This document shows positions 1-10,749 of a DNA stretch of 64,000 bases, piece by piece (position 1 is the stretch's first letter; each line of letters begins with the position of its first letter). A program made the translations under genes and the position numbers. Under the pieces are notes generated by a model. The model ran no database searches and was not told the origin of the DNA. It was given only the letters and a program-made list of their open reading frames with translations. This stretch comes from an uncultured Pseudomonadota bacterium (GTDB lineage Bacteria > Oederibacteriota > Muellerivitia > Muellerivitales > Muellerivitaceae): positions 224,001 to 288,000 of the forward strand of contig CAVYRH010000019.1 in assembly GCA_963770835.1 (NCBI GenBank). The letters are read 5' to 3'.

Positions 1-64
1 AATTATTGTACACTCTCACCTGGAACCTGTCTTTGAAGCCGGTTCCCGATCAAGGATCCCCCTG

Positions 65-760
65 TTGACCCAAACCAACGAAATCAAAACCGACCTGAAT
101 CGGTTGATTGAGGCTTTCATCGGCCGGTCGCCCTTCTTTCTCTTTTGGAAGGAGGAGAACATTGATCCCACCCTTTCCAAACGCTTCTTGGCTTCTTTTG
201 ACGCCTTGGTGAAAAGCTTTCCATCCCTGATCGCCGCCGGGGCCTCGCGCATGAAGGACGAGGCAAGCCGCACCACGCTGGCCGTCAACTTATACCAAGA
301 ATGCGGGGAAGGCGACGTCAGCCGGACCCATTACGCCATTTACCGGAAATTCCTCGCCACAGCGGGGATCGACCTTTCCGCGATCACAGAAAACACTTTC
401 GCCGCCAAATGGCGGGACCGATTGGCCGAATATCTTCAAAGCGCTTCTACCGGCGCCGTCTTAGGTGCCTTGGCCGCCGGGGAATTCCTGGCCCAGCCTG
501 CTTTGGGGCGCATTTACCTCGTTTTGAAAAACCATTATCCCCAAGCCGACCAGGAGTATTTCACGAAGCATTTAGCCTTGGAAACCGAGCATGTCGAGGA
601 AATCACGGCGATCATTGCCCGGCAGGCCGAAGCCGATGGTGGATTTGCGGAAGTTGTTAAGGGTTTTAAATTTGGGTTATCAGTGTGGGAAACCTACTTC
701 AACCATCTGGCCGAACACCTCGACCAAAAGACATCTTTTGCCACGGATGCACACGGATAA
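65..760 (+). CDS. Heme-oxygenase-like diiron oxidase (PqqC/CADD/TenA-like iron-containing redox enzyme)
   Basis: Motifs NLYQECG...SRTHY, ALAAGE and YFTKHLALETEH match the E/H ligand pattern of the HDO fold; TTG start uncertain. Confidence 0.7.
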   Translation: MTQTNEIKTDLNRLIEAFIGRSPFFLFWKEENIDPTLSKRFLASFDALVKSFPSLIAAGASRMKDEASRTTLAVNLYQECGEGDVSRTHYAIYRKFLATAGIDLSAITENTFAAKWRDRLAEYLQSASTGAVLGALAAGEFLAQPALGRIYLVLKNHYPQADQEYFTKHLALETEHVEEITAIIARQAEADGGFAEVVKGFKFGLSVWETYFNHLAEHLDQKTSFATDAHG

Positions 761-833
761 ACACGGATGAAAAATCAGTCTTAAGTTTTCGGCTTAAATT
801 CTTATCCGCGTTAATCCGTGTGCATCCGTGGTT
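741..833. repeat. Palindromic element of 10-mer repeats (three ACACGGAT-type units, spacer, three inverted ATCCGTGT-type units)
   Basis: ccacggatgc-acacggataa-acacggatga ... ttatccgcgt-taatccgtgt-gcatccgtgg; lies between convergent genes and supplies the upstream gene's TAA. Confidence 0.85.
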
Positions 834-848
834 GAATAGCCTTTGTCT

Positions 849-1631
849 TTATTCGAAAATCGGCAATGGCTTCACCCGGCGGCATCCCAGCTTGACGATT
901 TCCGTGACATGCAGCTGCATCATGTAACCCAGGTATTTTTCCTGGGCTACCGCCAACTTCTTGCGTTCCTCATAAGTCGCACAATTCAGCAGGATTAAAT
1001 CCCTGCCATTGGCGATGTGGGGCGGCTCGTCCTTCTCGATGTCGTAGATGGCATCCATGAGTTCCTTATCGAACAACCGCTTGAAGATACTGGTTTCCAG
1101 GTCCGTCATGGACGAGAGCACGATCTCCCCGGCGAACTGGTTGGCGGCGGCGATTTCCGAGGCCGTCTCCGCTTCCACTTGGACTTTCTGCATTTGAACG
1201 AGGATGGGGGGCAGCTCGAACTCGGAGATTCTCGGTTCTGCCCCAAAGCGGAGCAACTGCTGGGCGAAAACATCGTAATGCCGCATTTCATCCTGGATTT
1301 GCCGGGCCAGCCTCAGCTTCAAGTTGACCTGGTCTTCTGGTAAAAGCGTGATTTCCCTGGCCTGGGCCACCGTGCCGAAATACCACTCCGACCATGCCCG
1401 ACGGCGCATGTATTGCACCAGGGCTTCCTTGTAGGCTTCCGGCTCCAGGGTAATGAACTCATATCCCCGGTCGTCGTAAAGGTCGTTCCCGATATTCTTG
1501 GCCCGGTGGTAAAGCTTTTGCATGTATTCATTCGAGCTCCACTGCATGAGCTGCCCTATTTCCCACTTGGAATAGGCAGGCTCGATTAGGGATTTTGCCG
1601 GAGCCTCAACCCGATGATCCGTTTTTGCCAT
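849..1631 (-). CDS. Ferritin-like diiron four-helix-bundle protein
   Basis: Ligand pattern E (WSEW) ... DEMRH ... E (AGEI) ... DEPPH. Confidence 0.7.
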   Translation of the reverse strand: MAKTDHRVEAPAKSLIEPAYSKWEIGQLMQWSSNEYMQKLYHRAKNIGNDLYDDRGYEFITLEPEAYKEALVQYMRRRAWSEWYFGTVAQAREITLLPEDQVNLKLRLARQIQDEMRHYDVFAQQLLRFGAEPRISEFELPPILVQMQKVQVEAETASEIAAANQFAGEIVLSSMTDLETSIFKRLFDKELMDAIYDIEKDEPPHIANGRDLILLNCATYEERKKLAVAQEKYLGYMMQLHVTEIVKLGCRRVKPLPIFE

Positions 1632-1660
1632 ACTCTGTGTCCTCTGTGAACTCTGTGGTT
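1632..1660. repeat. 9-mer tandem repeat (half element)
   Basis: actctgtgt-cctctgtga-actctgtgg-tt. Confidence 0.75.
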
Positions 1661-1669
1661 CAAGCTTGT

Positions 1670-2332
1670 TTAGAAGATTCCTTCTTCTATATTGATCCCG
1701 TACCAGATTTCCAAGCCTACCACACCGGTGGCCTCCATTTCGCCGTTCATGGGGTCCGAAATCATGAAAACGGGGGCCGTGGTAACGTCGGAAGCCTCAT
1801 GCACCACGATAGCCACCGCTGGGTCTCCCGGCAGGTGGTGGATGCTGTAATTGCTATTCTTATACTTCCGCCCAGGGTGGTTATGGCTCTCGGATTTAAA
1901 GCATTTCAGCCAAAAGTCGTAGTCCCGCACCTGGTTGATGGCAATCACGATTCCACCTGTCATCTTGGGTTGGTTGGTGTATTTCCTTTGGTCGGTGTCC
2001 AAACCGTACCAAATCATGGGAATCCGGGCCCCTGATTTATCCATAGCCGCCATGAATTCGGGTGACCGGACAAAGGACACTCCTTTTTGGAGGTCAGAAC
2101 ATTTCAGGGTCAGGATGAAGGTTTTAGGATCTTTCAGATCGCGGTGAAGGCTGTAAGCGGAAAAACCATGGGCTTTAAGGTTGTCCTTTTGTCCCAAGAA
2201 CGCTTGCCGGAAGGATTTAAGGTCGGCAGCCTTCTGAAGGATAAAAACATTACCCGGCGAGTCTAAAGAAGATGCGATTGCCGTATTTAAAATGCTCCCG
2301 ATCAAGATTAAAAAAAATATTCGAATTTTCAT
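1670..2332 (-). CDS. Secreted protein with two tandem dimeric alpha/beta-barrel-like (DUF3764/cyclase-like) repeats
   Basis: Signal peptide MKIRIFFLILIGSILNTAIA; internal repeat ADLKSF..F...YSLHRDLKDP versus RDYDFW..F...YSIHHLPGDP. Confidence 0.5.
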   Translation of the reverse strand: MKIRIFFLILIGSILNTAIASSLDSPGNVFILQKAADLKSFRQAFLGQKDNLKAHGFSAYSLHRDLKDPKTFILTLKCSDLQKGVSFVRSPEFMAAMDKSGARIPMIWYGLDTDQRKYTNQPKMTGGIVIAINQVRDYDFWLKCFKSESHNHPGRKYKNSNYSIHHLPGDPAVAIVVHEASDVTTAPVFMISDPMNGEMEATGVVGLEIWYGINIEEGIF

Positions 2333-2348
2333 GACCACCAACTGTTTT

Positions 2349-2880
2349 TTATTTTTCTTCAGGGTCATAATATATGGGTGCCAATTTCAGAAGTGGATAT
2401 TTCAGAGTAATCTCTTTAATATTTTCATAATGCATTTTTTGAATTGGCATAGCATGTGTCATCCGATATTGGCCATCAGCAACAATGTTCCAATTGAATC
2501 TATTTCCCGTATCTGACTTTTTCGCAATGAGATTTACCTCTCCTCCATCAATAGCTTGAAATTTACACCTAAGTAATTTCCCCTTTATCCAATTAATAGG
2601 TCCTGCTGGATCTGCTTCAAGTGTTATTTCATCAACCATAACCATTGTTTCTTTCCAATTATCATCCGTTACAAAACACTCTTGCGTACCTTTATATTGG
2701 GTGAGTCCATATTGGTCTTTATAAAGAAAAAGGTGAATATGAATATAATTTCCAGTTTTCTGTCCGTCTTTATACTCGACCAAAAAGGCACTAATCTCAT
2801 CACCATAAGTTTCAATACCAAAGGAACACAGAGGCGATAACAAGGAAATCAAAAAAAATTAATAAAGTACATTTCTTCAT
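2349..2880 (-). pseudogene. AT-rich hypothetical secreted protein, frameshifted in a T8 tract near its start
   Basis: ATG at 2880 is out of frame with ORF 2349..2852; removing one T from the T8 run gives signal peptide MKKCTLLIFLISLLSPLCSFG. Confidence 0.55.
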
Positions 2881-2913
2881 TTAAAATCCAATCTGAACCA
2901 AATTTAATATTAA

Positions 2914-4806
2914 TTACCTTTTCTTATTCTTAACTTTCGGTTTCTTCCCCAGCACATGCCACAACCCGTAAGCCAGGAATCCCGCACAGGTGGCGAAAGC
3001 CGCACCCGTAGCAACTTCGCCGGTGTTCTCGTCCACCGATTCACAGGCGATGCCGTTGTCCATCTTGGCGCTCTTCAGGAACTTCAAGGCCCGGTCCTTC
3101 TGTCCCGCCAGGAGGCTGTTCACCGAAGCCAAGACCCAGGGGTGAGGCGCGTGGCCGCAACCCACTTCCTCAAAGGGTTTGCCCGCGAAGGAATAGGGGT
3201 AGTCGGCCGAGTAAATCCAATCTCGGCATCTCTTCCAAAGGGGATAGGTGGGTTTGCAAAAGCCGTAATGGGGCAATAGGAGTAGGCTTCCTGGGGGTTC
3301 ATCGTAAAGCATGTGGCTTTGCTTCGTGTCCAGGTCCACCGACCAGGCAAACATGCGTCCCTTGGGCCCCTTGGTCACGCAATAACGGATGATGGCGGCT
3401 TTCACCAAGTTCGCCTGCCGTTGGAGCAGGCCGATCTTACGGGTCAAAAGCTTGTTCTTTTCCATGCGGTAAATCTGGGCCAGATCCGATAGGGCCCGCC
3501 AGGCCAGAACGTTATCGTAAGTCACATAACGCTGGGGCCAGGGGTCATCGGAAGGCAGGAGCCAGGTCTGGTAGAGGTCCTTTTTCGGGTGTTTTTTCTC
3601 AGCTAATTCCTTCTCGAACCGGTCTAGGCTTTCCCGCACCCCCGGGTGGTTCAAGAAACCCAGGTCCCGGGTGGCTTCCAGGTAGGCCCGAAGGGCGATG
3701 ATGGGGGCGCAAAACTCGTCCAGCTCAAACCCGGGCTCCAGCACCGCGCCCGAAAGGTAGCGGCTATGCACCCCGAAATTAGCGGACTGCCGCCCAAAGA
3801 CGTAACCGAGGACTTTTTTGGCCCATTCCGGGTCCAGGGCTAAAATCGAAGGGAAAGACCAAAGCAGGGTGTCGCGGTCCCAATAGGCCCCACTTACGTA
3901 ATACCGGGGGCTTCGGGAGGTGAGGCAGACCACCTCTTCGGTGTCGATGGTCACGCCGGTGGCGTAAAAGCGGTTGAAGAAGGCGTTGGTGTTCATCATG
4001 GAATCCAACTGGGGGTCCTTGGTCTTGGTGATCCGCCGTTTCCCCTCCAGCCATTTCACTGTTTCCTGTCGCAGGGCGCGGCCACCCTTACGCTGGAGCT
4101 CCCTTGCCGCCGCGAAGGCGCCGATCTCATCCAGGCTCAGCCCGAAATAGAAGTGGGTTTGCCAGGTTTCCCCGGGCTTCAAATCCTTCGATTGGAGCCA
4201 ATGCAACAATAGGTTCTCCTGGGGGTCCACCAGGGTTTCACGGCCCGTCGGGTTGAGGGCCTGTAACCCTTTTCGGAAAAAGATGCGGCTGCTTTTATCC
4301 GGCGGATAGGGAGCGAGGGATAACAAAGGGGCCGGGGAACGAAATTCCAAAGCCGGCATATTCTCCCAGGTCTTGGACACTAGGACCCGGTCGCCCCGCA
4401 AGGGCTTGGTCACGTTGATGCTGTGAAGAAGCGCGGCCCAGGACAACTCCACGGTAAAGCCGCAATAAAGGGTTTCGAGGGAAACATTGGTGGCTTTCAT
4501 GGAAAGCACGAAGCCCCGCGCCCCCGGCGGGCAAAAATAAACCCCCTCCAACTCGAGGGGTTCTTCTTTCACCGAGAACTTCGGCAGCCAGTCCGATTGT
4601 CTTTCCCAGGCCAGGCGGCCTTCCAACAGGAACTCTCCGTCGTTCACCATGACCCGGGGGGTTAAAAAGGGCATGGAGCCGCCCGAGAAGGCCAAGAGGC
4701 CGTTCACCCCCATGTGAATCACGTTCACCTGCTCCACCGCGCCGTCTTTGGCGCGGATAGTGGGCAGGGCCACATATTCATTGCCGGTCGGGAAATAGGA
4801 TTCCAT
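2914..4806 (-). CDS. GH125-like (alpha/alpha)6 glycoside hydrolase, putative alpha-mannosidase
   Basis: SRSPRYYVSGAYWDRDTLLW, FELDE, LLPSDDP, YDEPPGSLLLLP, GIACESVD..TG motifs. Confidence 0.7.
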   Translation of the reverse strand: MESYFPTGNEYVALPTIRAKDGAVEQVNVIHMGVNGLLAFSGGSMPFLTPRVMVNDGEFLLEGRLAWERQSDWLPKFSVKEEPLELEGVYFCPPGARGFVLSMKATNVSLETLYCGFTVELSWAALLHSINVTKPLRGDRVLVSKTWENMPALEFRSPAPLLSLAPYPPDKSSRIFFRKGLQALNPTGRETLVDPQENLLLHWLQSKDLKPGETWQTHFYFGLSLDEIGAFAAARELQRKGGRALRQETVKWLEGKRRITKTKDPQLDSMMNTNAFFNRFYATGVTIDTEEVVCLTSRSPRYYVSGAYWDRDTLLWSFPSILALDPEWAKKVLGYVFGRQSANFGVHSRYLSGAVLEPGFELDEFCAPIIALRAYLEATRDLGFLNHPGVRESLDRFEKELAEKKHPKKDLYQTWLLPSDDPWPQRYVTYDNVLAWRALSDLAQIYRMEKNKLLTRKIGLLQRQANLVKAAIIRYCVTKGPKGRMFAWSVDLDTKQSHMLYDEPPGSLLLLPHYGFCKPTYPLWKRCRDWIYSADYPYSFAGKPFEEVGCGHAPHPWVLASVNSLLAGQKDRALKFLKSAKMDNGIACESVDENTGEVATGAAFATCAGFLAYGLWHVLGKKPKVKNKKR

Positions 4807-4824
4807 TAAAAGGTCCTTTTAACC

Positions 4825-4879
4825 TGTCATTGCGAGGAATGCCCGCCGAATAGGCGGGCGTTTATGACGAAGCAACTCC
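4825..4879. repeat. REP-like palindromic element (GTCATTGCGAG...GACGAAGCAA) with inner CCCGCC/GGCGGG hairpin
   Basis: First 15 bp TGTCATTGCGAGGAA recur exactly at 51199-51213. Confidence 0.65.
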
Positions 4880-5001
4880 AGTTTAAATACGCCTTTGGGA
4901 AGTGTCAGCAACCAAGGTCAAAAACCAAAAAGGCCCCTGAAACCCCGCGATTCGAACTTGTTATAGACTTTCGACGGCGAACTGCCAACTGCGAACTGAC
5001 G

Positions 5002-7068
5002 TTAGTGGCTCATTTTACTTAATAAACCCAACCCCCGCTTGGCTTCGGCATTTTCGGGTTGAAGTTCCAGGACCTTCCCAAAAAGCTCACGCGCTTTGTC
5101 GAAGTTGCCCGTTTGAAGGGCCGTTATCGCCCAATTGAAATAGGCGACGGTATACCGGGGATTCAGCCGGGTCGCCTTTTCGTACCATCCCATGGCTTCC
5201 GTGAGGCGGCCCAAATGGAAATTGGCGTTGCCCAGGTTGTAATTGAATTGGGCGTTTTCCGGCTCCCATCGCTCGGCCCACTGGAAATTTGCGAAACAAT
5301 TCTCGTAAAAATGATCCATCCTTAAAAGGTCCGCAGCCTTGGACCTCGGGGAAATCTTGGCCTTGGCATCGTCTCCCTGGTCTTCGTAATAGATGCCTAG
5401 GTTGTTGCGGAAGGCGCCGTAGTCCCCCACGATCACGCTTTGGGTCCGTTCATCCATTGGAAACCCCGGCTCCTTCAGGTGCCGCAGCCGCAGGCCGCCC
5501 CAAATAAAATCAGCCAGTGCCTCATCCAGCACCGGCTCCTGGCCTTCCAAATAGCCTTTGCTGGTCAAACCGTAGGGGACTTTTTTCATGCCAGGAAAAA
5601 GCCCGTCCTCGACCTCGTTATAGCTGAAATAAACCTCCCGCGAGGGGTTTTGATCCACCATCCATTTGGCCATGGGAGCAATCGACTCGGTACCCACTGG
5701 ATAGGAGGTCCGGGGCACCTTGAGCCCGGGGTGGAATAGGGCGAGGTTTCTCCGGACCCATTCCATCGGAAAGCCGTTCAAGCCGATGACGGCCACATCC
5801 GGCCGTTTTTGCCCGATCCATTGTAAATACCAACAGGGGAAGACGACCGAATCACCCTTGCAGAAGTAAAGGCTGTTTTGCGGCAGTGATTTAAACCCGT
5901 TCAAGACATAGTCGTAATCATAGGTATAGTCGGTCTGCCGGTCCCGATGGATGCGCCAGTCCCCAAGGCCCGCCAGCAACAGGACTAAAGCCCCTGCTAA
6001 AATCTTCCCGGCTCTTTCCCGCCAAACTCCTTCCCTTTCCGCCAGGGCGGTTTGCAAGCCCCAGGCCGAAAACAAGAGTGTGAAGGCTTGCGACGGAATG
6101 ACATAATTCTGGATCAAGTAAAATTGGTCAGTGGGCAACCCCAGGTAAAAAACAACGCTGGCGGATAAACCCAGCCAGAGCACTCCCAATGCCAGGGTCC
6201 AAGGTTTATTCTTGGCGTAAACCTTGGCCATCCCCCAAAGGGCTGCCACGAAAAGCCCCGCAAACTCCAGGAAGCTCGACTTCAGGAAGATCCAGCCCTG
6301 TTCGAACCGTCTTCCCAGCCCTCCCCCGCCACCCGTATTGGCGTATTGGCCCCTCAGGAAATCAAAGACGAAGTTATGCCATGTGGAAGGGTTTCCCCAG
6401 TTCAGCCAGGGATTCTGGAGCGCCCTGACCGGCAAAAAGAGGTAAACCGAAAGGCCGATCAGGAAAAGAACGAGGGATTGGTAAATCCGGCGCCTTTCAA
6501 TGCCTTCTTCCTTACCCCGGAAGTAAAGCAGGACTCCCAACCCCGGCAAAAAGGCCAGCATGGTCATCCAATGGTTGGTGAAGGAAAGCCCCAGCAGGAA
6601 AGCCGCCAACAAAAGCCGGTTTTCAAAAAGGGCCCAGAGGATCGCGGTCAGGAAAAGCGTCGTGAATTGGTAGATGCCCGTTTTGGCGCTCAAGGCTGCC
6701 GGATAAGTGGTGGCGCCCACCGCCCACAAGAGGGCGAAGGGAGCGGCCAACCGGGGTGAAACTTTAAGGGAGTGTTTTAGGAAGCCGTACATCAGGGCGC
6801 AAACCGAGGCCGCCAGGAAAGCGGAGAAAAGATTGACCCGGAATGGGAACTGGGCGAGGGGCAGCGCCGAAAAGAAATGACCCAGGAGGGTATAAAGCGG
6901 ATAACCCGGCGGGTGGGGGATGCCCAGGAGGACGCAGGCCGTAATGGTTTCGGGGCTGTCATCGGTATAAAAGGTTGGGTTGAGGCCTACAAGGCCAAAG
7001 GCAAAAGCCGTCAAAAAAACGAAGGGGTAGCTATAGCTTTCTAGTCGGCGGGAAGTGGAATTTTCCAT
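5002..7068 (-). CDS. DUF2723 / TMEM260-like GT-C membrane glycosyltransferase with C-terminal TPR repeats
   Basis: DDSPE...LGIPHPPGYPLY signature, LSFTNH, YLFLPVR...NWGNP, many TM helices, KGDSVVFPCWY, C-terminal TPRs; start placed at MENSTS. Confidence 0.85.
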   Translation of the reverse strand: MENSTSRRLESYSYPFVFLTAFAFGLVGLNPTFYTDDSPETITACVLLGIPHPPGYPLYTLLGHFFSALPLAQFPFRVNLFSAFLAASVCALMYGFLKHSLKVSPRLAAPFALLWAVGATTYPAALSAKTGIYQFTTLFLTAILWALFENRLLLAAFLLGLSFTNHWMTMLAFLPGLGVLLYFRGKEEGIERRRIYQSLVLFLIGLSVYLFLPVRALQNPWLNWGNPSTWHNFVFDFLRGQYANTGGGGGLGRRFEQGWIFLKSSFLEFAGLFVAALWGMAKVYAKNKPWTLALGVLWLGLSASVVFYLGLPTDQFYLIQNYVIPSQAFTLLFSAWGLQTALAEREGVWRERAGKILAGALVLLLAGLGDWRIHRDRQTDYTYDYDYVLNGFKSLPQNSLYFCKGDSVVFPCWYLQWIGQKRPDVAVIGLNGFPMEWVRRNLALFHPGLKVPRTSYPVGTESIAPMAKWMVDQNPSREVYFSYNEVEDGLFPGMKKVPYGLTSKGYLEGQEPVLDEALADFIWGGLRLRHLKEPGFPMDERTQSVIVGDYGAFRNNLGIYYEDQGDDAKAKISPRSKAADLLRMDHFYENCFANFQWAERWEPENAQFNYNLGNANFHLGRLTEAMGWYEKATRLNPRYTVAYFNWAITALQTGNFDKARELFGKVLELQPENAEAKRGLGLLSKMSH

Positions 7069-7094
7069 GGCGTGGCATTTTATCGCCATTTCCC

Positions 7095-8549
7095 CTAGTG
7101 AATTAAAATGATTCTCTTGGATTTGGTGCTGAAGGGCTCCACCAGGTAAAAAACGTAAACTCCGCTGGCGCAGGTGTCCCCATAGCGGTTGGTCCCGTCC
7201 CATTGGTAGGACTGGCGGAACGGAGTGGTGATCTGCCGGGAATCGAGCGTCTTGATATATTCCCCCGCCGAATTGTAGATCACCAATTCGTAATTCCCCG
7301 ATCCGGCGTTGTATTCAACATAGAGGGAAACCGGGGACGCGGGGGTGAAGACGTTTTTGGAGACGTAAAAGATGTCGGTGGTGGAGAAGGTGGAAGTGGG
7401 CGTGGGCGAGGGGGTGAAAGTGCAGGTGTCGCCAGGCCAGCCGCAGGGGGTGAAGGTGGGGGTGGGCGTCGGGGTATTGGTCGCGGTGTTGGTGGGGGTG
7501 AAGCTGGCGGTCATAGTGGCCGTGGAGGTGGGCCGCACGTCCTCGGTCGGGGTATTGGTGGGCGGGATCGTGGGGGTGTAGGTGGGAGTATTCACCACCG
7601 GAGTGAAAGTGCAGGTATTGCCCGGCCAGCCGCAAGGCGTCCAGGTGGAGGTAAAGGTGGTGGTGGGGATCGGGGTCCACGTCCAGGTGGGAGTGCAGGT
7701 ATTGCCCGGGTAACCGCAGGGGGTTCCAGTGGGAGTGGAGGTGAGGACGCTCGTGAAACTGTTGGCGGCGATAAGAACGTTCGAATCCATCAAGCAGTCC
7801 CCCACGTCGGAGATGGCCAATTTGATGTGGTTGATGACCCCCGGATTCACGGCCGCGGTGGCGGTCAAGACCGTGGTCAGCCCGTTCATGGCGGTGGCAA
7901 GCCCCGCCGGGGACCGGACCACGGCACAGGTTCCCCCCTCGGGGGACCCGATGTTGTCGATGAAATAAACGGGGTTGACGCAGTCGTTGACGTTGTTGAT
8001 GGAGACGTTGGTCGTGGTTCCCGGAATCAGGGCCACGTTGGTCCCGTTCACGAAAAAGCCGAAGACGTCGTTGTAGTCGGACCCTACCCAGCCGTTGTAT
8101 TCCTCCGAGGCGAACACATATTGGAAGGAAACGGTGTTGTAGGTCGGGATGAAATCGAAGGAAAGGACCGTGGCGTCATACAGGTCGCTGACCGGAAGGC
8201 CTTCCAAGGCGGCCAGGTCCGTGTCCCCCGGAAGATTGTTGCAGGTGCTGCTGGTATCCGTGGCGACGCCCTCGACCCCCGAGGCCAGCCCGGTGCTCAG
8301 GATGATCCCCGAGTTGATGCCGAAGGCCTGTCCCCCGCCGGCGAAAGTGCCGGAGGATTGGCCGGTGCCCGCGTAGGTGATATTGCTTGCGGAAACCCCT
8401 GTTCCCATGAGGACGTTCACCAGGACGGAGGGGCTTTGGGTGCCCAGGTCGATTTCGACGATCTGGCCCCAAGCCGTCCGGCTTCCTAAAAGAAAAAGCA
8501 AAACCAGTGCCCACTGGGAACCACGTGGAAAAGATGAGCCTTTTTTCAT
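7095..8549 (-). CDS. Secreted choice-of-anchor L domain protein with Thr/Pro stalk and FlgD/T9SS-CTD-like C-terminus
   Basis: Signal peptide; GIILSTG, FQYVFASEEY, YNDVFGFF, HIKLAISDVGD; PT repeats; IYNSAGE...WDGTN...ASGVYVF. Confidence 0.8.
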   Translation of the reverse strand: MKKGSSFPRGSQWALVLLFLLGSRTAWGQIVEIDLGTQSPSVLVNVLMGTGVSASNITYAGTGQSSGTFAGGGQAFGINSGIILSTGLASGVEGVATDTSSTCNNLPGDTDLAALEGLPVSDLYDATVLSFDFIPTYNTVSFQYVFASEEYNGWVGSDYNDVFGFFVNGTNVALIPGTTTNVSINNVNDCVNPVYFIDNIGSPEGGTCAVVRSPAGLATAMNGLTTVLTATAAVNPGVINHIKLAISDVGDCLMDSNVLIAANSFTSVLTSTPTGTPCGYPGNTCTPTWTWTPIPTTTFTSTWTPCGWPGNTCTFTPVVNTPTYTPTIPPTNTPTEDVRPTSTATMTASFTPTNTATNTPTPTPTFTPCGWPGDTCTFTPSPTPTSTFSTTDIFYVSKNVFTPASPVSLYVEYNAGSGNYELVIYNSAGEYIKTLDSRQITTPFRQSYQWDGTNRYGDTCASGVYVFYLVEPFSTKSKRIILIH

Positions 8550-10749
8550 TCCATACCGTTCTGGATCATTTGGGGAAACTTATTATTTTAAATAATACCG
8601 CCGAAATAAGCGCTTTCATTTATAGCGATATTCCGGCCTACCACTGAATACCTAACGGCGCGGTTTAAAAAAGGTACTGAAAAAGGAAAACAAATTTAGT
8701 GGGGAGGTTCAGCGTAAAACCAACAACTTAAGGATAGACTTTCCGCCCTGGGGGGTGGCCACTACCACATAGTAAAGCCCGTTCGCCAGTGGGACTCCGT
8801 GCTTATCCACCAATTGAAGCGTCACGGAGGTTCCGGGGATGACATTGCTGAATGTTTCCTCCAAAACCTTCCGGCGGGACACGGTATAGAACCGAACAGT
8901 CAAGTCGTATGGATTTGAACCGTCCACCGACGGGACCGTGATGTTGACTTGGGAACCTCTTGCCGGGTTCGGGTATAGCATCGGATTGGTGGAAATAGCC
9001 GGGGCGGTAAAGGTCGGTGTAGGCGTAAGCATCCCAACCGTTGGGGTGAAAGTAGGCGTAAAGGTTAAAGTAGCCGTTGGCGTATTAGTTGGAATAGGAG
9101 TACCGGTATTAGTAATAGTTATCGTCAAGGTGGAGGTCGGAGTAGAGGTGGGGGTATTTGTGAAAGTAAAAGTCGGAGAACTAGTTTTTGTGAATGTCGG
9201 AGTTATAGTAGGTGTAGAACTTATAGTATTTGTTGGTGTAGATGTCAAAGTGTTGGTTGGCGTTGGAGTATTGCCATTGTAGGGAGAATACCAAACATCA
9301 TTTCCGTTGTTCCCAAAACCGCCTATCACCCACATTTGGTTATTAAAAACAACACCTGATGGCCCAAATCTGGGGCTGAATTGGGCGGAGGTAGTCTGTT
9401 CGGTCCAATTTATCCCGTCAGGGGAAGACCAAACATCATTAACATCACTCGGCGTGCTATAACCGCCCATAACCCACATCTGTCCTCCATAACTTAATCC
9501 AACAAAGTTTTTCCTTGGCGTGAATGGAGCGGAGGAAGTAGCCTGCATCCAATTTGTCCCATCTGAAGAATACCAAACATCATTTTTCAAATTATTGTTA
9601 ACTACTCCACCTATTACCCACATTAAATTGTTAAAAACGAAACTTGCATGACCATATCGATTCCCAAATGCAGGAGATGATGTAGCTTGATACCAAGTAA
9701 TTCCATCTGATGAATACCATACATCACCGACCGGATTACCACCTATTATCCACATCAATCCTTTGTAAACTAAACATTGATGATAAGCTCTTGCTGGAAA
9801 ATTTCCAGGAACTGTCATTACAGTCCAATTGATTCCATCGACCGAAGACAGAACATCACAAGTAGGCCCTGAATATCCCACGGCAGGAATTGCGAATCCT
9901 CCGATAATCCAAATCTTGTTATTGTAAACAAGACTTGCCAATCCAGCTCTCGGGCTAAATCCACCATAACCCATAAGATTCCAGTTTGTTCCGTCTGGCG
10001 AACTCCAAACATCATTTAAATAAGTAACCACTCCTTCTCCACCCAGAACCCACATCGAGTTATTGAAAACCACACTTGTATGCAAAGCTCTACCGGGAAA
10101 CGAAGCATTCCCATTGGTTAAATACCAATTCATTCCAGGATTCGGAAGAGGAGTAAGCGTGATCGTTGGAGTTAGGGTAATAGTCGGCGTAAGAGTAGCC
10201 GTCAAAGTAGGCGTGTAAGTTGTAGTATTGGATGGTGAAAGAGTAGGCGAATTCGTTGGTGAATTTGTCACCGTATAAGTGGCTGTATTCGTAGGTGTAT
10301 CTGTCGGGGTGGGTGTGTACCAGGTTCCAGTGAAGGTCGGAGTAAAGGAAGGTGTGTTAGTTACAGAAACCGTTACGGTACTGGTTGGAGTATTTGTGGT
10401 CGAATTTATCGGGGTATTAGTCGGAGTATTCGTTGGTGTAATTGAAGCTGTCGGAGTAACAGTAGGCGAACACATCACACCAATCTTGCGGATACGATTA
10501 TTATTGGTATCTGCGAAAAATAGATTGCCCAATCCATCCAGGACTAGACCACTAGGAGAACTTAAGCAAGCCAGGGTTGCCGGCCCACCATCCCCACTAT
10601 ATCCCCCGAACCCTTGGCCAGCATAAGTTTGAATCGTTTCATTGGAATTCACCATGCGGATACGATTGTTGGAGGAATCTGTTATAAACAAGTCACCAAT
10701 ACCGTCAACGGCAACACCACTGGGAATACCTATTTGGGCTAAAGTAGCC

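Noticed and set aside
7203..8489. 428-aa plus-strand ORF and the Val/Gly-rich plus-strand ORFs at 8938-10626, 14087-14452 and 30872-32267
   Set aside because: Antisense shadows of the Thr/Pro-rich minus-strand genes
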